Positions 39,620-46,898 of a stretch of DNA of 64,000 nucleotides are shown here, piece by piece. A program made the position numbers and the translations under genes. Source of the DNA: Sporomusaceae bacterium (GTDB lineage Bacteria > Bacillota > Negativicutes > Acidaminococcales > JAJUGR01); contig JAJUGR010000010.1 of assembly GCA_029265905.1 (NCBI GenBank), positions 10,791 through 74,790 on the forward strand, in the 5' to 3' direction. The notes beneath the pieces are model-generated. The model was not told the DNA's origin. It did no database searches and was given only the letters and a program-made list of their open reading frames with translations. Positions within the stretch are counted from its first letter, which is position 1; each line of letters begins with the position of its first letter.

Positions 39620-39760
39620 ATGCCAGCTGCAACTACAAAAGCGTTGACCATGATGGCAATTGCTCTGCCGACTATGTTTGCCGTTATTGCTGTATTCATG
39701 GTTGCTACTACTGCGCTTCATAAAGCTTTCCCGGCCGAGGTCGAGGAAGAAGAGGATTGA
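39620..39760 (+). CDS. 46-codon single-TM ORF, candidate fifth small subunit (MmdE/OadG-like) of the decarboxylase; absent from the ORF track
   Basis: GGAGGTG (39605..39611) lies 8 nt before the ATG at 39620. Product MPAATTKALTMMAIALPTMFAVIAVFMVATTALHKAFPAEVEEEED has one hydrophobic helix and an acidic tail. The operon terminator follows directly. Confidence 0.5.
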   Translation: MPAATTKALTMMAIALPTMFAVIAVFMVATTALHKAFPAEVEEEED

Positions 39761-39780
39761 TCGATACTCCCCGAGAGTGT

Positions 39781-39817
39781 AAAACTGGGAGTGTCAACCC
39801 GACACTCCCAGTTTTTT
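39781..39817 (+). terminator. Strong rho-independent terminator ending the propionate operon
   Basis: ACTGGGAGTGTC / GACACTCCCAGT 12-bp stem flanked by AAAA and TTTTTT. Confidence 0.9.
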
Positions 39818-39964
39818 CTTGGTTATACTTTTCGAAATTGCGTGTCTACGCAGCATTGGATGAAACGTAACAAAGCTGTTAAAACTGAATAGGTATGTTT
39901 TATCCTCCTGCCGCAACACGCTGATTGTGTAGGCTAATGCAAAATTGCAAGGAGGAAATACTTC

Positions 39965-41314
39965 ATGGAAATCAGTACTGCGGCACTCGCGTCTATGATT
40001 GCCCTGGTGATTGTTGTTATCATCAGCTGCGTCAATGAAGACCTGAACGTTGGTTTCTTGGGTATCGGTTTCGCCATTATCGTTGGCGGTTTGTTTGGCG
40101 GCTTGACTGGCGCTAAAGTTATGGCGTCTTTCCCGCTCAGCCTGTTCATGATCCTTGTTGGTGTAACGTTCCTGTTTGGCATGGCGCAAACGAACGGCAC
40201 GATGGAAAAGCTGACTGCTTATTCCGTTCGCGTTTGCAAAGGCAACACGGCCTTGATTCCGCTGATCGTGTATCTGCTGACAACTTTTGTTACGACGATC
40301 GGGCCTGGCAACATTGCCGGTTGCGCCCTGATGGCGCCGGTCGCGATGGCGATCGCAGCCCGTGTCGGCATGCCGGCGTTTTTGATGACGTTAATCGTTG
40401 TCGGCGCTGCTAACGGCGCGGCATTCTCCCCGTTTGCTCCGACTGGTATTATCTCCAACGGCATCATTGCGAAAATGGCGCCGTCCCTGGGCATCGCTCC
40501 TGAGGCACTGAACAGCCTGGCTTGGAAGGTTCACTTGAACTCTACGTTAGGCCAAGGTCTCGTCAACATCGGCGGCTTCTTTATTCTTGGCGGTTGGGCT
40601 TGGATTCAAAACCAACGCGGCGCTTCTTTAGATATTGATGAACTGGCTCCGAAACCGGAACCGTTTAACAAGCATCAATGGCTGACGCTTGGCATGGTTG
40701 GTTTGTTGATTCTTCTCGTAGTGCTTCCTGGACTTCCGTCCATGAAAGGTATGTTCAGCAAGACCATTTTGAATCTGCTTTCTAATGTTGGTTCGATTGC
40801 GTTTATCCTCTCCTGCGTGCTGATGCTGACCGGTTCCGGCGACAGCAAGGCGGCGGTTAAGGTAATTCCTTGGGGCGTAATCATGATGGTCTGCGGCGTT
40901 TCCGTCCTGATCGATGTTATGGATCAAGCAGGCGGATTGAATGCAATGGTTAAAATGATTGGTGCCATTTCCGGCCCGGTTACGATTACCTTCTGGCTTG
41001 GTTTGATTCCGGGCATTATTTCGGCTTACTCCAGCTCGTCGGGCGTAGTTATGCCGATGTTTTTGCCGATGGTTCCTGGTTTGATCAAAGAAGTGGGCGG
41101 CGGCGATCCGATTGCTATGATTTCTGCGATCAACGTAGGTTCCCACTTGGTCGATACGTCCCCCTTGTCCACGCTCGGCGCGCTTTGCATTGCGTCTGCC
41201 GGCGACCATGAGGACAAAGCGGTTCTCTTCCGTAAACTGTTGATTTGGGGCCTGGCCATGTCGGTTGTTGGCGCAGCAGTTTGCTACGTGTTTTTTGGCC
41301 TGTTGGGTTTCTAA
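39965..41314 (+). CDS. IT-superfamily permease, MatC/dicarboxylate-carrier-like (paralog A)
   Basis: 449 aa with about 12 TM segments, preceded by AAGGAGGAAA. Substrate is inferred only from family resemblance and operon context. Confidence 0.6.
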   Translation: MEISTAALASMIALVIVVIISCVNEDLNVGFLGIGFAIIVGGLFGGLTGAKVMASFPLSLFMILVGVTFLFGMAQTNGTMEKLTAYSVRVCKGNTALIPLIVYLLTTFVTTIGPGNIAGCALMAPVAMAIAARVGMPAFLMTLIVVGAANGAAFSPFAPTGIISNGIIAKMAPSLGIAPEALNSLAWKVHLNSTLGQGLVNIGGFFILGGWAWIQNQRGASLDIDELAPKPEPFNKHQWLTLGMVGLLILLVVLPGLPSMKGMFSKTILNLLSNVGSIAFILSCVLMLTGSGDSKAAVKVIPWGVIMMVCGVSVLIDVMDQAGGLNAMVKMIGAISGPVTITFWLGLIPGIISAYSSSSGVVMPMFLPMVPGLIKEVGGGDPIAMISAINVGSHLVDTSPLSTLGALCIASAGDHEDKAVLFRKLLIWGLAMSVVGAAVCYVFFGLLGF

Positions 41315-41484
41315 TTCGGTTCATGCCGATTGTCCGGAGGCGGGGGCATTTCAAGCCCCCGCCAAACCCGGCAAAGAAATTACAGAGGTTGAAAAGTTGT
41401 TGCAAAAAAAGGATTTTTCAAGTTGCGTCACGAAATTAGCTTCAAAGTCATTTTTTTTGACACCCAATTTTCCGAATTATAAAT

Positions 41485-41533
41485 TATATTTACATAAGTT
41501 TATTAAGTAGGGTGATAAACTTATGTAAATATA
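41485..41533. repeat. Perfect 19-bp inverted repeat (operator or RNA hairpin candidate) upstream of permease paralog B
   Basis: TATATTTACATAAGTTTAT (41485..41503) and its exact reverse complement (41515..41533), separated by 11 nt. Lies downstream of TTGACA at 41457..41462. Confidence 0.8.
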
Positions 41534-41632
41534 TAAAGTTTTGTAAGTAAAAGGTGGTGGTTAAAAAAGTTAAAAAACAAAAGGCCTCATGTTTTTTACG
41601 AAATCATAATAGGTTAAGGAGGAAAAAGGTCT

Positions 41633-42982
41633 ATGGATATTTCAACAGCTGCAATTGCGTCAATCATTGCTCTCACTATCCTTGTTGGTATTAGCTGCGT
41701 CAACGAAGATCTGAATGTCGGTTTCTTGGGTATCGGTTTTGCTATCCTTGTTGGCGGCCTGTGGGGCGGCCTGACTGGCGCCAAGGTCATGAGTTCCTTC
41801 CCGCTCAGTTTGTTTATGATTTTGGTTGGTGTTACCTTCCTGTTTGGCATGGCCCAAACGAACGGCACGATGGAAAAACTGACCGCTTACTCCGTTCGTA
41901 TGTGTAAAGGCAACACGGCTCTGGTTCCGCTGATCGTTTATGTGTTGACGACCTTTGTCACAACGATTGGACCAGGCAACATCGCTGGTTGCGCTCTAAT
42001 GGCGCCGGTTGCGATGGCTATTGCCGCCCGTGTCGGTATGCCGGCCTTCCTGATGACACTGATCGTTGTCGGCGCTGCTAACGGCGCGGCATTCTCCCCG
42101 TTTGCTCCGACTGGTATTATTTCCAACGGTATTATCGCCAAAATGGCGCCAGCCCTTGGCTTAGCGCCGGAATCCTTGAATGCTCTTGCCTGGAAAATCC
42201 ATTTCAACTCGGAATTAGCGCAAGGCTTTGTTAATATCGGCGGCTTCTTCATCCTTGGCGGCTGGTCCTGGATTCAAAAGCAACGCGGCGCCTCCCTGGA
42301 CATAGATGAACTGGCTCCGAAACCATCGCCGTTTGACAAGCATCAAATCCTGACGCTGTCGATGGTTGCCATTTTGATTCTCCTGGTTGTTGTGCCTGGC
42401 TTGCCTGGTATGAAAGCAATGTTCCCGAAAGTAATTTTGAACATGCTCTCTAATGTTGGTTCGATTGCGTTCGTCCTCTCTTGCGTCTTGATGCTGTCTG
42501 GATCAGGCGACAGCAAAGCAGCTGTTAAGGTAATGCCGTGGGGCGTTATCATGATGGTTTGCGGCGTGTCTGTACTGATTGACGTTATGGATCAGGCCGG
42601 TGGCTTGAATGCCATGATTAAAGTAATTGGTGCTGTTTCCGGTCCTACGACAATCAACTTCTGGCTCGGTCTGGTACCGGGCATCATTTCCGCTTACTCC
42701 AGCTCCTCTGGTGTTGTAATGCCGATGTTCCTGCCGATGGTGCCGGGCTTGATCAAAGAAGTTGGCGGCGGCAACCCTGTTGCCTTGATTTCCTCGATCA
42801 ACATCGGCGCTCACTTGGTTGATACGTCCCCCTTGTCCACGCTGGGCGCGCTTTGCATTGCTTCTGCCGGTGAGCACGAAGACAAAGCGAAGCTCTTCCG
42901 CAACCTGCTGATTTGGGGCTTGGCCATGTCCGTTGTAGGTGCGATCGTTTGCTACGTGTTCTTTGGTCTTCTTGGTTTCTAA
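41633..42982 (+). CDS. IT-superfamily permease, MatC/dicarboxylate-carrier-like (paralog B)
   Basis: 449 aa, collinear with paralog A and identical at most positions. Preceded by AAGGAGGAAAAA. Confidence 0.6.
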   Translation: MDISTAAIASIIALTILVGISCVNEDLNVGFLGIGFAILVGGLWGGLTGAKVMSSFPLSLFMILVGVTFLFGMAQTNGTMEKLTAYSVRMCKGNTALVPLIVYVLTTFVTTIGPGNIAGCALMAPVAMAIAARVGMPAFLMTLIVVGAANGAAFSPFAPTGIISNGIIAKMAPALGLAPESLNALAWKIHFNSELAQGFVNIGGFFILGGWSWIQKQRGASLDIDELAPKPSPFDKHQILTLSMVAILILLVVVPGLPGMKAMFPKVILNMLSNVGSIAFVLSCVLMLSGSGDSKAAVKVMPWGVIMMVCGVSVLIDVMDQAGGLNAMIKVIGAVSGPTTINFWLGLVPGIISAYSSSSGVVMPMFLPMVPGLIKEVGGGNPVALISSINIGAHLVDTSPLSTLGALCIASAGEHEDKAKLFRNLLIWGLAMSVVGAIVCYVFFGLLGF

Positions 42983-42993
42983 GCTTGCAAAAA

Positions 42994-43021
42994 AGCCGGG
43001 GCTGACGCTCCGGCTTTTTTT
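42994..43021 (+). terminator. Rho-independent terminator
   Basis: AGCCGGGGC / GCTCCGGCT stem followed by TTTTTTT. Confidence 0.8.
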
Positions 43022-43125
43022 ATGGCCGTGCCAGGCTTTGTCTTTAGCTAGGAGTTTTCATAAAAATCTGTTATAATATTGCACTAGGAGCGATACTAAA
43101 TTTGAATTAAAGGAGTGTCTGCACC

Positions 43126-44310
43126 ATGAAGCCATTAAAGGGTTTGGTAGTACTTGATTTGAGCCGGGTGTTGGCTGGCCCATACACGGCAATGATGCTG
43201 GCTGATTACGGCGCCAATGTTATCAAGATTGAGCCGCCGGAAGTGGGGGATGATTCGCGCGCATTCGGGCCTTTTGTCGGCAAAGAGAGCGCCTACTACA
43301 TGAGCCTGAACCGCAACAAGCGCTCCATGACCTTAAACTTAAAAGAACAAGCGGCCAAGGACCTGTTCAAAGAAATGGTGAAAAAGGCCGATATCGTGCT
43401 GGAAAACTACCGCCCGGGGACAATGGAGAAGTTTGGCCTTGGGTATGACGAGTTAAAGAAAATCAACCCGAAGCTGATTTATGCCGCTTGCTCCGGGTTC
43501 GGCCATACTGGCCCTTACATGTTGAAACCGGCTTATGACATCATCGTGCAGGCGATGGGCGGCATTATGAGCATCACCGGCGCGGAAGACGGCGAACCGA
43601 CCCGGGTCGGCGCCTCGGTTGGCGACATTATCGCCGGGCTGTTTACGACGATTGGCGTCATGATGGCGCTTCATCATCGCGATGCAACCGGCGAGGGCCA
43701 AAAGGTCGATGTTGCGATGCTCGATTGCCAAGTTGCCGTATTGGAAAACGCCATTTCCCGCTATTTTGTCAGCGGCGTCGTGCCGAAGCCGCTGGGCAAT
43801 CGGCACCCTTCGATTACGCCGTTCGAATCCTTTACCGCCAGCGATGGCCACGTTATCGTCGGGGCTGGCAATGACCGCTTGTGGGAAAAGCTGTGCAACT
43901 TGCTCGGCCACACGGACTTGATTGCGGACGAACGCTTCAACAGCAACTTGAACCGAACAAAAAACGCCAAGGCGCTGAAAGTGATTTTGGATGAATCATT
44001 CAAGGCCAAGACAATTGACGCCTGGCTGAGTGAACTTGAAGCGGCGGGCATCCCTTGCGCGCCGATCAATACGGTCGATAAAATTGTCAACGACCCGCAA
44101 ATCAAAGCCCGGGAAATGATCGTGGAGTTGGAACATCCGGTGGCCGGCGCACTGCACGTGCCAGGCGTGCCGATCAAGCTGTCTGCCACGCCCGGTTCAG
44201 TGGATACGCCGGCGCCGCTCTTGGGCCAGCATACGGCGGAAATATTGCATGAAATTCTTGGCTTGAGTGAAGCGGAAGTTAAGGCGCTGTACGAGAAAAA
44301 CGTGTTATAA
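43126..44310 (+). CDS. Family III CoA transferase (CaiB/BaiF/Frc type); substrate unknown
   Basis: 394 aa with the N-terminus LKGLVVLDLSRVLAGPY and ENYRPGTMEKFGLGY, typical of the family. An extended -10 TGtTATAAT lies at 43069..43077. Confidence 0.85.
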   Translation: MKPLKGLVVLDLSRVLAGPYTAMMLADYGANVIKIEPPEVGDDSRAFGPFVGKESAYYMSLNRNKRSMTLNLKEQAAKDLFKEMVKKADIVLENYRPGTMEKFGLGYDELKKINPKLIYAACSGFGHTGPYMLKPAYDIIVQAMGGIMSITGAEDGEPTRVGASVGDIIAGLFTTIGVMMALHHRDATGEGQKVDVAMLDCQVAVLENAISRYFVSGVVPKPLGNRHPSITPFESFTASDGHVIVGAGNDRLWEKLCNLLGHTDLIADERFNSNLNRTKNAKALKVILDESFKAKTIDAWLSELEAAGIPCAPINTVDKIVNDPQIKAREMIVELEHPVAGALHVPGVPIKLSATPGSVDTPAPLLGQHTAEILHEILGLSEAEVKALYEKNVL

Positions 44311-44324
44311 TGGAAAACGGAAGG

Positions 44325-44352
44325 GTGGGCGCGTCCGCGCCCATCTCTTTCT
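44325..44352 (+). terminator. Terminator candidate after the CoA transferase
   Basis: GTGGGCGC / GCGCCCAT GC-rich stem followed by CTCTTTCTGATTT. Confidence 0.5.
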
Positions 44353-44375
44353 GATTTATCAGGATGGGAGAATGT

Positions 44376-44945
44376 ATGAAAGCAGAAGAAAAATTGGTGA
44401 CTGACACTTCGCAAGTGACAAGAAAAAATTTGATTGTGATGTCAGTCGGTGCGGGGCTCTTTGTCTTGTTGCTGGCTGCCAGCGCCTACAAATGGTATGC
44501 TTGGAATTACCGAAATCCGGTTGAAGTGTTTATTAATGTGATGTTCCTGTATGTGCTGGTTGAACGCGCCCAAGCCAGGTATATTACGGAGATGGGGCCG
44601 AAAGCGCTGCGCTTCACGAAAAAAAGTTTGCTGGGGTCCACTGTCTACGAGGTGCCGTATAAAGACATTTTTGGCATTTACCGCTACAAGGCGCAGTTGG
44701 TCAGGGCGGTTAAATTTCGCCATACCTACCGCTTGAACTCGGCGCTGGATAATCGTACGGTATGGGTTTTGGCTTATCGGGCGCCGGGGAAAAAAGGCAA
44801 GATGGAAAATCGTCGGATCTACTTCAAAACAAGCGATGCGATGCTCGATGCGTTAGCGGAAAAGCTGCCCAATAAAGTAAGAGCGAATGAAGAGCAGGTG
44901 GCCGTCGAACTGCTGAAGGCGGAGCCTGATTGGGATAAAAAATAG
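44376..44945 (+). CDS. Hypothetical membrane-anchored protein (two N-terminal TM segments plus a soluble beta-rich domain)
   Basis: 189 aa from the ATG at 44376. Hydrophobic stretches LIVMSVGAGLFVLLLAASAY and VFINVMFLYVLV. No family recognised. Confidence 0.5.
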   Translation: MKAEEKLVTDTSQVTRKNLIVMSVGAGLFVLLLAASAYKWYAWNYRNPVEVFINVMFLYVLVERAQARYITEMGPKALRFTKKSLLGSTVYEVPYKDIFGIYRYKAQLVRAVKFRHTYRLNSALDNRTVWVLAYRAPGKKGKMENRRIYFKTSDAMLDALAEKLPNKVRANEEQVAVELLKAEPDWDKK

Positions 44946-44956
44946 GAGGGGACGCG

Positions 44957-45334
44957 ATGTTTTGCAGCCAGTGCAACAGTGTTCTTCCTGAAGGGGCCGC
45001 ATTTTGTCATGTTTGCGGCGCTAAGCAAAGCGCGGAAGCGGTGCTGCCGAAAGCGGGTGTCGAGCGTTGCACGATACAGTTTGTCGAAGTGGGATCAAAG
45101 TGGTCGCTGTTTGGCAAAGAAATTTGCGAGTTCAGGGCCTGCCGTGAAAATGGCGAAGTTGTCATGGCTTCGGAGCAAATAACGTTGTCCGGCTTTGAAT
45201 ACAATGGGCCGAATGAAAAGAATAAAAAGCACAAGCGGGCGTTTGATAAGCTGGTAGCGCAAATGTTGCAGCAAGGCTGGCAGCAAGCACCTGACGAGCC
45301 GCAGTTGTGGTATGCGATTTCTTTTTGGCGATAG
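44957..45334 (+). CDS. Hypothetical zinc-ribbon protein
   Basis: 125 aa, preceded by AGGAGGG. N-terminal CSQC...CHVCG zinc-ribbon motif; the remainder is unrecognised. Confidence 0.55.
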   Translation: MFCSQCNSVLPEGAAFCHVCGAKQSAEAVLPKAGVERCTIQFVEVGSKWSLFGKEICEFRACRENGEVVMASEQITLSGFEYNGPNEKNKKHKRAFDKLVAQMLQQGWQQAPDEPQLWYAISFWR

Positions 45335-45355
45335 GAAGCAGTAGTCAATGTCCAT

Positions 45356-45390
45356 AACAGACCGGGCTATAGCCCGGTCTGTTTATGTTT
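45356..45390 (+). terminator. Rho-independent terminator
   Basis: AACAGACCGGGC / GCCCGGTCTGTT perfect 12-bp stem, loop TATA, then TATGTTTATT. Confidence 0.7.
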
Positions 45391-45469
45391 ATTAAAGTAT
45401 TTTAACAGGATTTTGCTGCTTTTCATGGAATATACTATTCTATAGACTGGGCAGAAAGGAGACGATTGT

Positions 45470-46723
45470 GTGCTGCCTGCCACGCAAACGCTGGTGGTTT
45501 TGCTGATTGTAGTAGCTCTGTTCATTTCGGAAGCAATGCCGCTTGCCATTACAGCGATGGGCGGCGCTATCGCCCTGGGATTGCTGGGCATTATTCCGCT
45601 CAAATCAGTTTTTAGCGGCTTGGCGGACAGTACGGTCATTATCTTTGCCAGTATGTTTGTAATCGGAGCGGCGACCTTTCATACCGGACTTGCCAAAACG
45701 ATCGGAATCAATATCGTCAGGATAACGGGCAAGCGCGAGAATGCGCTTATTTTTGGGATCATGGTAATCGCCGCCCTGCTGTCATCGATCACGTCCAATA
45801 CCGGTACCACGGCTGTGCTGATGCCGGTGGTGATGGGGATTTGCGCGGCGGCCGAGATTCATCCTGCCCGTCTGATGCTGCCGCTGGCTTATGCGGCCAG
45901 CCTCGGCGGGATGATCACCTTAATCGGCACGCCGCCGAACGTAATTGCCGCCAGTGCCTTGAAGGCTGCGGGCTTGCGTCCGTTTGGCCTGTTTGAATTC
46001 GCAGGAATTGGCTTGCCGCTGACGGCCGTCGGCATTTGCTACATGCTGTTGGTCGGGAAGCGGCTTCTGCCGCATAAACCATTTCGTTTGGACAAGCGGT
46101 ACGCGCCGACTACTCCCAAAAACACATCCAAGCGGTTAGTTTCCGGCATGATTTTGCTGGTCGTTATTGTCTTAATGGCGCTCAATTTGCGGGGGTTGCC
46201 GCTGGAGATCGTCGCTGTCGGCGGCGCGCTGCTTTGCGTGCTGACCGGCTGCTTGAATGAACGCCAAGCGTACAGAAGCATCGACTGGGTTACCATTTTT
46301 TTATTTGCCGGCATGCTGGCGATTGCCGAAGGGCTTGACCGGAGCGGGGCGGCGCGCATGATCGCGGACCTGGTGGTGCTGGAATTGGGGAGCAATCCCG
46401 AGCCGCTATTGGTCACCGCAGCCTTGTTTGCCCTGGCTGCCTTCTTGACGCAATTTATGTCGAATACGGCCTGCGCGGCTCTGTTGGCGCCAATTGGCGT
46501 TGCCATTGCAAAAAAGCTGGGGATTAGCCCTCAGGCTGTTTTAATGGCGATCGCCATAGCATCGTCCTGTGCGTTTGCCACGCCGGTTGGGACGCCCTCA
46601 AATTTGCTGGTCTTAGGACCCGCACGCTATCGCTTCATAGATTATGTGAAGACGGGGATTGGGCTGGTGCTGCTTTGCTTTTTGGTTATGCTTGCCGTCA
46701 TTCCCTGCCTATGGCCGTTCTAG
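45470..46723 (+). CDS. SLC13/DASS-like (IT superfamily) anion permease
   Basis: 417 aa, GTG start after AAAGGAGA. Polytopic, with the repeated motif pattern SNTGTTAVLMP ... SNTACAALLAP typical of DASS/SLC13 hairpin tips. Confidence 0.65.
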   Translation: MLPATQTLVVLLIVVALFISEAMPLAITAMGGAIALGLLGIIPLKSVFSGLADSTVIIFASMFVIGAATFHTGLAKTIGINIVRITGKRENALIFGIMVIAALLSSITSNTGTTAVLMPVVMGICAAAEIHPARLMLPLAYAASLGGMITLIGTPPNVIAASALKAAGLRPFGLFEFAGIGLPLTAVGICYMLLVGKRLLPHKPFRLDKRYAPTTPKNTSKRLVSGMILLVVIVLMALNLRGLPLEIVAVGGALLCVLTGCLNERQAYRSIDWVTIFLFAGMLAIAEGLDRSGAARMIADLVVLELGSNPEPLLVTAALFALAAFLTQFMSNTACAALLAPIGVAIAKKLGISPQAVLMAIAIASSCAFATPVGTPSNLLVLGPARYRFIDYVKTGIGLVLLCFLVMLAVIPCLWPF

Positions 46724-46898
46724 GCGCCAGCTGGCGAAACAAAGTTAAAGCTTTTTTAGAAGATAAATTTGGCCTTTCAGGCAGAAAAGACTGTCAAATA
46801 TCGTGCGAGCGGGTATAATATGGGTGTCGGCCTTTTTGGGCGCGGGCAAAAAAAGGCACGGCAATAATTATGGTTGGTCAGACAAGGAGGACGTTAAC

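Noticed and set aside
39883-39899. Third occurrence of AACTGAAT followed by a -10-like TATGTT, upstream of permease A
   Set aside because: Only the 8-nt right part matches and the TTGTGA left half is missing. An 8-mer is expected by chance a couple of times in 64 kb on both strands, so it is not counted as a site.
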